A DNA stretch of 64,000 bases, taken from Naegleria gruberi. Lineage: Eukaryota. The position numbers and the translations under genes were made by a program. How positions within the stretch are numbered: position 1 is the stretch's first letter; each line of letters opens with the position of its first letter. The notes beneath the pieces were generated by a model. It ran no database searches. It saw only the letters and a list, made by a program, of their open reading frames with translations, and was not told the DNA's origin. The stretch lies in the NCBI GenBank assembly GCA_000004985.1, contig GG738866.1; one strand, written 5' to 3'. This document shows positions 19,301-31,003 of this stretch, in pieces.

Positions 19301-20696
19301 TGACGAAAGATTTGAAAATATCGAATGCAATATCGAACTGAGTATGAAACCTCTAGATAGAAAAGACAATTGTTTGGTTTATGATTCTATTCATGATCCT
19401 ACTTCTTCATATAACTACAAAATATTGATGATATTTGAGAATGTTGATTCTTGCCTCTTTATGAAAGAAAATGAAAATGGTCTAGTTGACTTGACCATTC
19501 AAAATTCAGTCCTATCAAGCCTCACAAATCAATCTTCTGAATTATACAATTATGAAACCAATTCTACAGAAAGCTATCTTAAAATTCTTTCCATTTTCCC
19601 ACAGAAGCGTAATAATTGGCAAATAATCCAGTCAACCAATGACAACAACACAACAACCTCAACATCTGCATCTCTGTTAATCACAGCTCAATTAATCAAT
19701 CCAGAAAATCTCTACGGTATATTCATTCCTGCTCTATACTGCCAGGACGACAGTATTTCAAGTGGGGACTCCTTTACAACAAGTTCTAGCTCTCTAACTC
19801 TTTATCATGAAATGTCAAAATTAGTTTTCCAATTCAACATTACAATTCAAAACATTTCACAAGATTTGATTGATTATGGAAGAGTCAGAGGTGGTAAGGA
19901 AGGCACAGCATCCATTAATATCGATTCCATGAACCTTAATTGTTCATTACTACTCATACCATCACCTGCCAAATGTTGGACATCAAAAATTGATAACCAA
20001 TCCAAACGTTCTCTTCCACAACCTTCTACTCAACTCCAACTCTACCTCCAATCACTCAAAAAACTAATATGTCACTTTACCCTGCCAATTGTCTCTGGCG
20101 AATTTAAATTCATCCAAAGTGTCAGATCATTCGAAATTGCCCTAACCTATACTTGTATGACTCTTGGATTCGCCTCAATGATTTGCACAACCAAAGGTCC
20201 AAGAGATCGTAAACACTCCCTACTACAGTTAGTAGATTTCGTAAAACAAACTAGACGAAACAAGCTCGAACAAGATGAACAAGACGAAACTCATTCCACC
20301 CATGAAACAGAGAAAAATTTACCTTACTGCGACAATTGTGGGCATAAAACCTTGAAAAAGGCGAAATTTGAGATTAGCTTTGATGGTCAACAATCAGAAA
20401 GTGAAATTGGATTTTTCGTGTGCGAACAGCAAGAATGTTTTGAAGCATTGTGTTCGTTATACAATGAAAATTATAGTGAATATTTCACATGTTATGATTG
20501 TAGATCTGGTCAATTGGTGAAATTCCCGCCATTTTTGATGGTGGGTGTGGATTGTGTTGATGATTTGCCTGCTGGTGCAGAATCACAAATTTTGTTGAAT
20601 GCCTTTGATGCTGATGAATATGGAGATCTTGATGAAGAAACAGTAGACGAAACATTTGATACAGTGTTATTGGATTCGAATACTAGTAGATCTTGA
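10358..20696 (+). CDS. EGF-like repeat transmembrane protein, about 3440 aa or more. It has a signal peptide, an ~870-aa N-terminal domain, more than 45 tandem CFG-type EGF-like modules, an N-glycosylation-sequon linker, further EGF modules, a C-terminal domain, one transmembrane segment and a Cys-rich cytoplasmic tail. The CDS is interrupted by an assembly gap.
   Basis: The N-terminus MSALSHILNTLTLLITILLLTSLSLGA is a signal peptide. Six-Cys units of ~38 aa end in ...GYTS.NCSIPICFG. A hydrophobic segment IALTYTCMTLGFASMICTT lies near 20150. The two ORF-track ORFs (10358-14602 and 14457-20696) are the same gene on either side of the 50-N run; the frame changes across the gap because the gap length is arbitrary. 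Confidence 0.8.
12960..17730 (+). repeat. Tandem coding repeat array (EGF-like modules), including at least four copies of a ~960-bp super-repeat
   Basis: The string tgaatggactggtgatgagtgtagtattccaat recurs at 13201, 14161 and 16041. ttttggaattccagcaa... recurs at 13241, 14201, 15121 and 16081. Spacing is 960 bp, apart from the copy across the gap. Confidence 0.8.
14463..14512. other. Assembly gap (50 N) inside the EGF-repeat array
   Basis: The sequence shows a run of exactly 50 n characters. Near-identical repeat DNA flanks it on both sides. Confidence 0.95.
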
Positions 20697-21079
20697 TCAT
20701 TTCACAAATCAACAATCTTCAATTACAAATAAAGGCATTCGCTTTGTTTCAGTGTTTCACTCACTTCTTACAATTCGCAAGTCCCAACCAACACTTTCAC
20801 TTTTCACACTTGACATTTGGCAGATAACTCTGCCATCCCAACACCTCACACCATCTCCAACCAACAAACTCTTCCTCACCATCCACTATCTCCAATATCA
20901 CCTTTTGACCCATTCACTCCCATTGTAAACAGTTCCAAATATGACTCGTGAAAATGAATTATAAAACATTGCATGTCATTAGATTAGATGCGGTTGTGGA
21001 AACCGTTACCAATCTAGTCAAGTTGGCCCTTCTGGTAGTTGTGGCAAATCATTTCCATGTTAAAAAATCTTGAAAAAAA

Positions 21080-22446
21080 ATGTTTCCACAACAACAATTT
21101 GACAATAGACAGCAAATGTCACATCAAGACGAAGAAGATGGCGGCTCTGGATCGTTTCATCTGCCATCGATTCATACGTTTATTCAGAATTCGAATAGTG
21201 GTAATTCGCAGCAACAACCACATCATAGCTATCCAAGTCCACATTATCCATTTTCTTCTCCATTTCTTTCGGCTTCCCATGGTTCGAACAGTTCAAGACC
21301 ACGTTCTCAAGATTCGATAATGAGTGGTCTTTCGAATTTCAGTAATCATCATTCATCACATTCGAATAATGTTTCTAATAATTTCCAATATCATCACCAA
21401 CAGTTTTCGAATAATCAGCAACACAATAATCATCAGGATTATTCTAATAATCATAATCAAATGGAAGATGAATCACCAACCATGTCCTCTTCAACCTCCT
21501 CCTTTTCGAATAATGACAACCAACTTTCGAATAACAACCAACATCGAACCCAACGATCCAATTCCTCTCTGATGACCAACCACCAACTCAACAGAAAAGC
21601 AGTCATCACTCCAAATGGCATTAATCTACCTCCAAGTCTTTCCCACAACAATTATTCGAATCCTCACCAACACTATCCTATTCTACCCCAGCAACAACAA
21701 CAACACAACCTTGTTACTCCACAACAACAACCTCCATCCAACAGCACCACGCCATCGTTGTCCACTACCAATCACATTTCTAATAATGTAGTTATTGGAA
21801 CCTTTCCAGTTGGAAATTCCTATTCTTATCATTCACCTCAACAATCTCTTCATCACGTGCAACAACAACTTTATATTCATCACGATCCACAACAACAACA
21901 AACTTTCTTTCCCACCACTCCAAATTCAACTTCATCTTCAACTGCTCCTCCTCCGATGGTGGTGGTTCATCATCAACCTTTAAATGCACATGTAATGATG
22001 AATACCAATACTACTAATAATAATACATTGGCCAATAATAATAATAATTATTATAATCATTCTCATGGTGCTGCTAATAATAATGCTAATAATGCTAATA
22101 ATAATGAATTTTATCCACCATTGCCACCAAAGCCATCACGTCCAGTGCCAATTTCCAATATTTCATTCAGTGGCATTGTTAATAATTATAATAATAATAA
22201 TAATAGCAGTAAGGATAATCAATTGTCTTGTGCATCATTGTCGACAAGTAATGCTTCGTCAGTGAATGGACAATCGGCAGTGATGATGACGAATCAGTTT
22301 GGGATTAATCCACTACCTTGGGATAATAATAGTAAGATGATTAGGTCATTTTCGAATTTTCAACCTAAACCACCTAAAAAGACAAAGAGTTCTGTAAAGC
22401 AATGTGAAAATCCAAAGTGTAATGCTACTGATACTCCATTATGGAG
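21080..22446 (+). CDS. GATA-type zinc-finger protein, exon 1 (poly-Asn/Gln/Ser low-complexity N-terminal region)
   Basis: The ORF starts at ATG 21080. The exon ends ...CENPKCNATDTPLW plus two nucleotides ('ag'), followed by the donor GTAAGT at 22447. Confidence 0.75.
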
Positions 22447-22530
22447 GTAAGTATTTGATATTTTTATTGTAAATATTTAACATTTTACAATAATTATGTG
22501 AAATTTCTTAATTTGAATCACATGTATTAG

Positions 22531-23401
22531 AAAGGGATATTTCGTCGAAGGTGGAAGAAGAGCCAATTTGTGTAATGCTTGTGGACTTCATTATCGTAAG
22601 GGACATTTTTGTAAATTTTGTAATGAAATTTACAGAGATGTTAATGAGCTCGTTTCCACAGAGCCATGGATTTTGTGTTGCGCTTGTGAGAGGTATATGC
22701 ACAGAAAGTGTGTTCAACAGGCAGGTATTTCCCTTCCAAAATCTCAAAGTCATCAACACATTTCACAATCAGTGAATGATCAGTTCTATTGTGATGAATG
22801 TGGAGGTACTAGGACATTACAATCATCCATCACTGCAACTGCAATCAACAATGATCCTGCCACTGCTGTCAGCAGCACTTCCACAACAATGCTCACTGAA
22901 AAGATGGATGAAACCTCCTTTGAATCAAGTCCAATCCTTAATGCAATTGCCAACAATTCAACCTCACCACCAAAGACATCACCTGGTTGTAGACCTCTTT
23001 CATTCCAAGCTCCTCCATCAACTGCACAAGTGAGAGTTGCAACTAGACCATTCACTGTGAGTGCAGACAGAGAGAATGTAGTCTCACTTTTAATGAGACA
23101 CAATGAGACCAACGTGATGGGTATGATGAATGCTCCAAATCCATTTGTAAATAATACTGCTTCTGCTGCAAATGTTGAAGAAGAAAATGGTGAAAATCAC
23201 AATTCTTCACAACAACATGAAACAACCTCTGGTCTCAACAATTATTACAATTTGAAGAATAGACCACTTCCTCCAATTCCATCCAATAATGGAAAAGTTT
23301 TTGCAGAGCAAACAAATTCAACAACAACCTCACCACCAAATATGAGAGAAGGTAATACTCTACCTTCCATTAATTTCCTACTCACACCTCCAAATAATTA
23401 A
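22531..23401 (+). CDS. GATA-type zinc-finger protein, exon 2 (completes the finger and adds a second Cys/His cluster)
   Basis: The 84-bp AT-rich intron (22447-22530) ends in tattag. The spliced protein reads ...TPLWR-KGYFVEGGRRANLCNACGLHYRKGHFC; the junction is in phase 2 and in frame. Downstream lies CKFCNEIYRD...CCACERYMHRKC...CDECGG. Confidence 0.7.
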
Positions 23402-23448
23402 TTTTTGAAATCAAGAGCAAACTTTATTCGAGTTGACATTGTAATAAA

Positions 23449-24186
23449 TTAAAACATATTGAAGGCACAACTTGTTGAGGTTCCTGACCTAGTCATTTTG
23501 ATTTGGTGGTGCTCTCTTTCTTCTTCTTTATCTTCTTTCGTGATGATTCTCTTTCTTTTGATATCATCTAGGGATTCATTTACAGAGGTGGGTTGGTACT
23601 TGTATGAGTTTTCTTTTAGGAATTGATCAAAGGATTGGAAATTGTTGGGAGTAATGGTTAGGTGGAGGTAATTATTAGGAAGGGAAGGAGGATTGGAAGG
23701 TATGGCCTGATTCATTGAGGTGGTGACACCTCCTTGATTACCTAGATTACAGTGTTGTTGAGGAAAATTGTCAGATTGGCAAACCATCATATCATTGGTT
23801 GATACAATTTTTGCATTATGGGAAAAGTCTTGTATGTTTGTGGGAATCTGCATTCCTGAATAATCACTTGTTGGATGTTGATAAATTGAGGTAGGGGTGG
23901 ATGTATTTGTGAAAGATGGTCTAGAATTATCATTAGATTGATTATTAAATATTGACAGGTGTTGATGGTAGTTATTGTTATATTGTTCCAAGTATTGTGA
24001 TGAGAGTGTAGGAGGAGAATGATGGTTTGTGAAAGGAAGTGGTTGACCACCATGTTGTTGTATGTTGTTAGTGGATGCTGCTGAAGGATTGCAATATAAA
24101 TTAATGTAGGAAGGCAAAGAAGATGATCTTCTTAAACTACTATTAGGAGATTCAAATCTACCACCTTCAAGGTATTTAGGTTTCAT
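23449..24186 (-). CDS. Hypothetical low-complexity (N/Q/S/T/P-rich) protein, about 245 aa
   Basis: ORF on the minus strand. The ORF-track start at 24195 is GTG; the first ATG is at 24186 (MKPKYLEGG...). No recognisable domain was found. Confidence 0.35.
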   Translation of the reverse strand: MKPKYLEGGRFESPNSSLRRSSSLPSYINLYCNPSAASTNNIQQHGGQPLPFTNHHSPPTLSSQYLEQYNNNYHQHLSIFNNQSNDNSRPSFTNTSTPTSIYQHPTSDYSGMQIPTNIQDFSHNAKIVSTNDMMVCQSDNFPQQHCNLGNQGGVTTSMNQAIPSNPPSLPNNYLHLTITPNNFQSFDQFLKENSYKYQPTSVNESLDDIKRKRIITKEDKEEEREHHQIKMTRSGTSTSCAFNMF

Positions 24187-25883
24187 AATGTACACGGAAT
24201 AATTTACAAAAATTCACAAGACTGTCTAATCAGTCACTTAGTTATACTTCTTATTATTAGGAATCACAAAAATACACAATGTGTTCCTCCAAAATCTTAT
24301 GAAAAACCGAACGATATGATGATGTCCTCTTTTTCAAAAGCGAAAGTGTTTGTAGTATTTGATGTTTTGGCTATTTTTTTTAACCTTCATTCAATCTTTC
24401 ACTACTCGTGATGATAAACAATATCAAAATACCAAATCAAGCCTTACCCAAAGGCTCAGAGTTGAAAGTTGTTCTTCTTGCTCGATGCCATAGTGGTGAT
24501 GAATAATACAAAAGTTTGTAATGATGATGTAAGTAAAAAATTGGAGGGATTTTTTGCAGCTCAAAGTGCCTTGTCAGAACTAGATTGGTGTTGTAGTTGT
24601 TGGTTCAATAAGGATCCATACGGATTGTAGGGATAATGGAATGCTGTCTATATGGTATTTAGCTGAGAATTGAGTAATACATTGCTGGTACTACAACACT
24701 ACGATTCAATGAATACTACTACGAACAAAACTGTACAATTTTTGATCTACAGTACTCTTCATTATTCAAATAGTAATTTAGGAGTAATTCAAATAGTCCC
24801 TCGACGATGACTATTCAGCTAGATGTTGAGGTATTCATCAATGATAATCACCATCTGGTGTTGATAATTTTTTTGAGGTTGCATCTCACTAAGGTAACAA
24901 GAGAGAATATTCACTACAAGCATTAAGGGTCTTTATTTGGAGTTTTTGAGATGAAGAGTTTCAATGTAAGCAATGTTAAAAATCAAATAGAGGTGACATG
25001 TTTCTTTTAAATTCATTATTTCTTCCTTCTTGACAATAAAGACAGGTACCTCTTAGTTTACAAAGAGTTTTTATAATCAATATAAAAATTACTCTACTTC
25101 CTAGCACCACAATACTATTATGAATCTACTCTTCTTTTTTGCTTGTAATATCTGATTAACAAATTATTGAGGAAAATTTCATTTCTTTTAAATTGATTCA
25201 ATCTATCAATTTGAACACTTAGCATATTCACGGTCAAACTCCCAGCTTTTCCTGCAATTATAACTTGTTATTTCGTAATTAATTTATAAAACAAACTCAT
25301 TTGGTCCATTATGATCCATCACTTGAGGGTTTAATTAATAATAATATCTGAAATATTGTCTAATTGATCAGATTGATTTCTGCTTGTAAATCCATTCTAA
25401 GGTACAATAACAACATCCAATATTAACGTTAACCAAAGAGTAAGCCACTTACAAGTCAATGGTTATAGACAACATCTATCAACAAAGTTCACAACCCAAA
25501 TTTGCACAGTGATCGTTAACATTTAATTGACAATCAACCTTTTGGGAAGTTGACAGAAATTTATCAGTTACAACATTCATTATTGTCAACTCAAGCTTAC
25601 AAGTCAGTTTGCAGCTTGTAGTATATGTGAAAAGCTGATAAGGTTTTTCACTACTTTGTCTCTTGTTCTCTAAATTGAAACTTCTCTCGTTCAGCAATTA
25701 ACCAAAATCTAAAATGTCAAATTTTCAAAAATCACTTCCATCATTATTAAGGAGATTCTCTTAACAATAACTCATATCCAATAACGTGATTCTCTAGAAC
25801 AACCTCCTACTAACATCCAAAAAAACTGTCTTTGATGGATTCAAATAAACAATAGGCAACACTTTCTGGAGCAAACCAATCAA

Positions 25884-26802
25884 ATGTCCACATCATTTCA
25901 ACAGCTTTCAGAAAAAATGAAACGAATGTTTGGAAGCCGTACGAACAATACTGACAAATCAAAAGATCAGTACGTTCTTGGCTCTTCCTCCAATAACAAC
26001 AACAACAACAATACCAACAGTAATAATAACAATGGTAGTAATACTAATGGTGGTAATACTACTACTTCTACCAATAATTCTCAACAACCTACTACATCAA
26101 GTCAACCACCACCACAAAATTCATCCAAACAAGCACCACCAAGAAAAGGATCACGGAATATGGAAATTTCCAGACCAACTAGTTTTAGATTATTGCAAAG
26201 TTTCGCCACAACAGACTCCAATTCTTCTTCATCAAAATCTAACGGCCATCCATATTCAAATGGCGGGGAAAGTAAAAAAAATTCATCATCAAATGGCAGC
26301 AGCAATACATCCTCATCCGCATCATCTACAAGTGCAACGAGTAATAGTCAGACTAGTAGTAGTAGCAGCAGTAGCCTTTCGATTGTTTCGTCCATTGATA
26401 CACAATCATTGAGTTCTCAGGGATCCGTTTCGGGAGATGTAAATATTACCATCAATGATGATCATCATAGCAATGGTCAGCAAAATATGAATTCGGGAGA
26501 GAGAAGTGAATCACCCAATTCAATCACTCCACAAAAGTTGCAAATACCCTCTCCAAAGGCTATGCATCATGGAAGAAGTCCAACATCTTTCAATGTTCCT
26601 TCCTTAACTTCAGTGTTGGTGCAACAGGGCGATAAGGTGCATCATCGAACAAAGTTTAATGAAATTTCTGTTCGTCAATTATCTCCAATGAGTTCTAGAT
26701 CTCCAGTCAAATCTCCTGAATTGGAGTTGACAGAAGAAAGACTCAATAAGATAAATGAGGATTTTGAGGCTGTTTTAAAGAGTAGAGCAGTCAAGCAATA
26801 TG
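25884..26802 (+). CDS. Formin, exon 1 (Ser/Asn-rich N-terminal region)
   Basis: ATG at 25884. The exon ends ...AVKQY plus one nucleotide, with the donor GTATGT at 26803. Confidence 0.7.
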
Positions 26803-26852
26803 GTATGTTTATTGATATATGTTTTAGTATATTTAATCCTGAATATTATTAG

Positions 26853-29800
26853 AAATTGAATACGTGAAAAAGAATTGGTCTTTGAAACAAAAACTAGTTT
26901 TTATTCAAATGAACGAGCAACTCAATAACATGTCGAGTGAGAATTCTTATAATGATCCAAATTCAGAGCCATTGACAGTTGCTGATGAAATTAGAGAAAC
27001 TCTTGTAGTCATCTTTTCTTACTTACAAGATTATGAATATCTCATTACAAACGTCAGAACTCATCACAGAAGATTGCACGTAATCTTGGAAACTGTGAGA
27101 CACTTATCTGTTGCCTTAAGAACACGCGAGATTAATTTTGTTACCGAGTTTATTCAGCAAGATGGTATTAATGCATTAAGTCTTTTATTGACCAAAGTTA
27201 ATAGAATTTACAAACTGAACTTGCATACAGAGAAACAAAGAAAGAAGAAGATTTCTTATCAATTAACCGAGTTGGAAATTTTACAACAAATCATCTTGTG
27301 TTTCCATTCTATTGTTGATACAGATGAAGGAATGGAAGCATTGATTGCACACTCTGATGTTATCAAACACTTGTTAATGATTTGTGACTTTGAAGCATTC
27401 CTCAAGGAAATGTTGGACTATTCAAACTTTATTACTAATAACAGTAGAAATGAAACTGTTCAAAGTCCAAGAGGAACAAAACCATTTAGCACTCAAACTA
27501 ATACCTCATCCTCTGGAGCAGAGAATAATGATGGATCAAGTTCAGACGAAGAGCCTGAAAATGATGCTCAATCTATTTCTGTTCTTTCCTCACCAAGAGA
27601 ATCTAGAAGAAAAACGACAGAGACACTGAAAGGTCTTGTCAACCAAATGATTGTTCAAAAGTCTAACCTAAGATCTAAAATTCTAGTCCTGTTATCAGTT
27701 GTGGCCTACTATGGCGAGAATGGTTTTTGGATCATTTTAGAATCTGTCAATAGCTATAAATTGATGAAGAATGAAAAGCACAGATTCAAAGAAATGTTCC
27801 ACTGTATGGAATCAGTTTTTTATCACGAGCAAGAGCTAGCAGCTCACATTTTAATGTTTATGAATTCATTCCTTTATGCTTCTAAGAATTCGAGTTTTGC
27901 AAGTCATATATATAGAGAATTTATTAACTTTGATGTTAAGAAATTTGTCAGCGAAAAGTATGCCAGCAAGGAGGAAATTACAAATGGAAAACTCTTAAAT
28001 CAGTGTAAAATGTTCCTTGACTTTGAAAATAACGAAAGAAGAATATTCCAAAATGCTTTCAAAGGAGATGGTATTTCTAAGGAAGACGAAGACCTTTGGC
28101 TTTCCTTGTCAGATCCTGTTGAAATTGCCAAAGTAATGAAAATGAGATTGAGTGAATCTGCCGAGTCTAATAGTAGTATGATTAATACCATGAAATTGTT
28201 ACTTCTCATAACTATGAATAAGAATAAGGACAAACTTGACTCCAAGTGGACCCTCGTTGAAAAGGTACTTGCAGATACTATTACACCTTCTGGAGATGTG
28301 ACAGAAAAGAGTGGTGGAGCTGACAGAATTGAATCTCTCAAATTACAAACAACTATTGATTTGCAAAGAGACAGTATCAAGGCACTGGAAAAGGAACGCA
28401 CTCAAGCATTGGATATTATCTCACAATTAACAGACATCACTAGAAACAATAAGGAAAATGCAACAGTTAGTGTTTCTAAATTCGATTCTCAAGACAATCC
28501 TCTGCTCGACAAGCTTGTCGATTTTTCAAAGAATCCACTCGCTGAAAAGTATTCATTCTCTGTAAATATTGTGGAACCTGTAGAAGCTCTCATTCCTCCA
28601 CCTCCTGGTATGGGTGGTATTCCACCACCACCAGGTTCTGGCATTCCACCTCCACCTGGAATGGGAATACCTCCACCTCCTGGTATGGGTGGCATTCCAC
28701 CTCCACCAGGCTCTGGTATTCCACTACCTCCTGGTGTTCCACCACCACCTGGAATGCCTGGTGTTCCTCCACCGCCAGGTTCTGGTATTCCAATGCCTCC
28801 TGGTGGTGGCTTTTTTGGAATGAAAACCAAACTTCCAAAATTACCAGAGCTTAAAGCCACCAAAGACACTAAAAAGATTCACATAGCAGGCGACAAGATC
28901 AATAACAAGGACATTGAAGGAACTGGTTGGATGAGTATTTTAGAAGAAAATGCTGAAAAAATGAGCAAGATATTCGACAAGAATCTATTCGAAAATAACT
29001 TCCAAAAGAAGGAAACAAGAGATGCTCCATCGCAAGAAAAGGAGAATGTTCCTACTCTTGTTTCATTCCTTGACTCGAAGACTTCATACCAACTTGCATT
29101 GTTATTGGGCTTTTTGAAGAAGAATGAAAGAGAAATTAGAAAACATGTAATTGATTTGAATGAAAAGGAACTTCAAAAGCAAACTATTCACAGTTTGAAA
29201 GACTTGTGTCCTGAAGAAGACAAATTCAAGGAAATTGAAAGTTTCGTACAGAAAGGAGATGGTTATTTGGAACAGCTGGAACCTGGTGACAAACTCTTCT
29301 ATGCCATGAAAGACATTCCAAGACTTAAACAAAGATTCACTGCATGGTCAAGCCAAATTTACTTTGAAGGATCTGTTATTAGTGTAGAACCAGATATTGA
29401 ATCCTTGAATAGAGCATGCAAGAATATTGTGCAATGCAAGAGTTTACAAAGATTGATGACATTAATAGTATTGCTTGTCAACTTTTTGAATAAGGCCAAG
29501 ACTGACAAGGACAGAGTTTATGGTTTCAAGCTTAACTTTTTGACAAAACTTGGTGATATCAAATCTTCTAGCGATCCAAATCGTTCAATGATGAATTATC
29601 TTTGCGAATTCTTGTTGGCCAAGGATGACAAGTTAATTCCAGAACTTCTCAAGGAATTGAAAGACTATGCTGAAGTCGGATCTAGAATTGAGCTTCCAGA
29701 ATTGAAGAAAGAAATTGGCAAACTTAACGAGTCCTTAAAAGTCATTCAAACTGAACTCGAATTCTACAAGAAGGAGCAAAAGTTTATCAATGACAAATTC

Positions 29801-30133
29801 CCAAAGCAATTGGATGAATTCTATCAATATGCCAAATCTGAAATGCAAAAAATTAACAAGGCCCAAGAAAAATTGGAAAAGATTTTGAAAGAGGTTGCCA
29901 AATTCTTTGGCGAAAAGGAGAAGGATGTCTGCGATACTCCTCACTTATTCTTCACTGCTGTTTCAAACTTCTTGAAACAACTCGACGCTACTTTTACCAA
30001 GCTCAAGGAAGAAAAGGAAAAGAACAAGGATGACCAATTAAGAAAAGAATTGAAGAACTTTTTGCAGAATAGAAGACCAGAAGGAAACATGACCATTCTC
30101 TCAGCAGTAGCTAACGGTGATATTAAACAATAA
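26853..30133 (+). CDS. Formin, exon 2 (GBD/FH3, FH1, FH2); spliced protein about 1399 aa
   Basis: The 50-bp intron (26803-26852) ends in ttattag. Splicing is in frame (phase 1) into ...EIEYVKKNWSLK.... The FH1 region carries (I/V)PPPPG(M/S)G repeated eight times at 28590-28810. The FH2 signature is LVNFLNK...VYGFKLNFLTKLGDIKSSSDPNRSMMNYLCEFL. The ORF-track start at 26864 is GTG, not a real start. Confidence 0.8.
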
Positions 30134-30157
30134 AACAAACATAGATGATTAATCAAT

Positions 30158-30535
30158 TTAAATAATGAATTTTTTGAATTCTTCATGTTCAGCAAAGAAG
30201 TTCCACATTGTTGTGTCAGCTTTGGTCATTATTTGTCTGTTTGGTTCTTGTTTCTTGACGTGTGTAACTGTTCTATCGAATTTATCATGCACAGAACCCT
30301 CATCTGAATCCTTTAAAAAGTTTACAATCAATTGAGCTGTATCTTGTTCTCTTTCCATGAAGAACATGTGTCGTGTATTGTTCAAAATGACAAATCTCGA
30401 CTTGCTATTCTCCTTCAATAAATCATAATAGATTGGGAAACATTCAGTACTTGGAACTGTCAAATCAAAGATTGACCAAATGAGGAAAACTCTAATATTT
30501 GATTTACCAACAATTCGAATCTGTTCATCACTTCC
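30158..30535 (-). CDS. Alpha/beta-hydrolase fold protein, exon 3 (contains the catalytic-His region NTRHMFFME...)
   Basis: Acceptor ...ccattgcag|GGAAGT; phase-0 exon ending at the stop 30158-30160. Confidence 0.6.
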   Translation of the reverse strand, partial: GSDEQIRIVGKSNIRVFLIWSIFDLTVPSTECFPIYYDLLKENSKSRFVILNNTRHMFFMEREQDTAQLIVNFLKDSDEGSVHDKFDRTVTHVKKQEPNRQIMTKADTTMWNFFAEHEEFKKFII

Positions 30536-30607
30536 CTGCAATGGAAAATTACTTTCGAAAAATGTAAATATTCAATGTCATCATAATACCTACGTAAATG
30601 AATTAAC

Positions 30608-30913
30608 AAATGAAGTTACTTGAGAATTATTCTCATCTTCCTTATTTTTCATTTCCACTGCGTATTTCATTCTCTCCTGAACTAGAGAATCATTCAAATC
30701 AAAAAGTCCAGTAGCAACCTTTTGTTCATCAGTTGATGCCTTATGCAAAGCTCCATAAACAACATTTCCCAACCATGGAACCTTTACAAGTGAACTTCCA
30801 AATGGCAATTTCCAAGTTGCACCAGCAGGTGAAAACAAAATCAAATCATCCACAATATCCGAATGTTTAGCAGCAAAATGTACAGATACACATCCACCCA
30901 TCGAAAATCCAAT
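30608..30913 (-). CDS. Alpha/beta-hydrolase fold protein, exon 2 (nucleophile elbow IGFSMGG). The 3' boundary is approximate: the donor is either GTAACT at 30619 or GTTAAT at 30607.
   Basis: The exon begins directly after ...aataacag| with ATT GGA TTT TCG ATG GGT GGA, reading IGFSMGGCVSVHFAAKH. An in-frame TAA lies immediately upstream. Confidence 0.55.
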
Positions 30914-31003
30914 CTGTTATTCTCGGTCTCTTTGTTTCTAATTTGATTCCAATCATTATTTTGAATACATTATATATTCATCATGATCAAAATATATACC
31001 AAC

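Noticed and set aside
24196-25883. Searched the 1.7-kb spacer for tRNA, snRNA (U1, U2, U4, U5, U6 5' ends), SRP RNA and class-I RNA motifs
   Set aside because: No cloverleaf and no recognisable conserved snRNA or SRP boxes were found by eye. Absence cannot be proven without Infernal or tRNAscan.
28489-28869. Gly/Pro-rich ORFs antisense or out of frame over the formin FH1 region (28489-28869 minus strand, 28590-28838 minus strand, 28614-28823 plus strand)
   Set aside because: These are artefacts of the proline-codon repeats (cca/cct read on the other strand gives Gly). They lie wholly inside the formin CDS.
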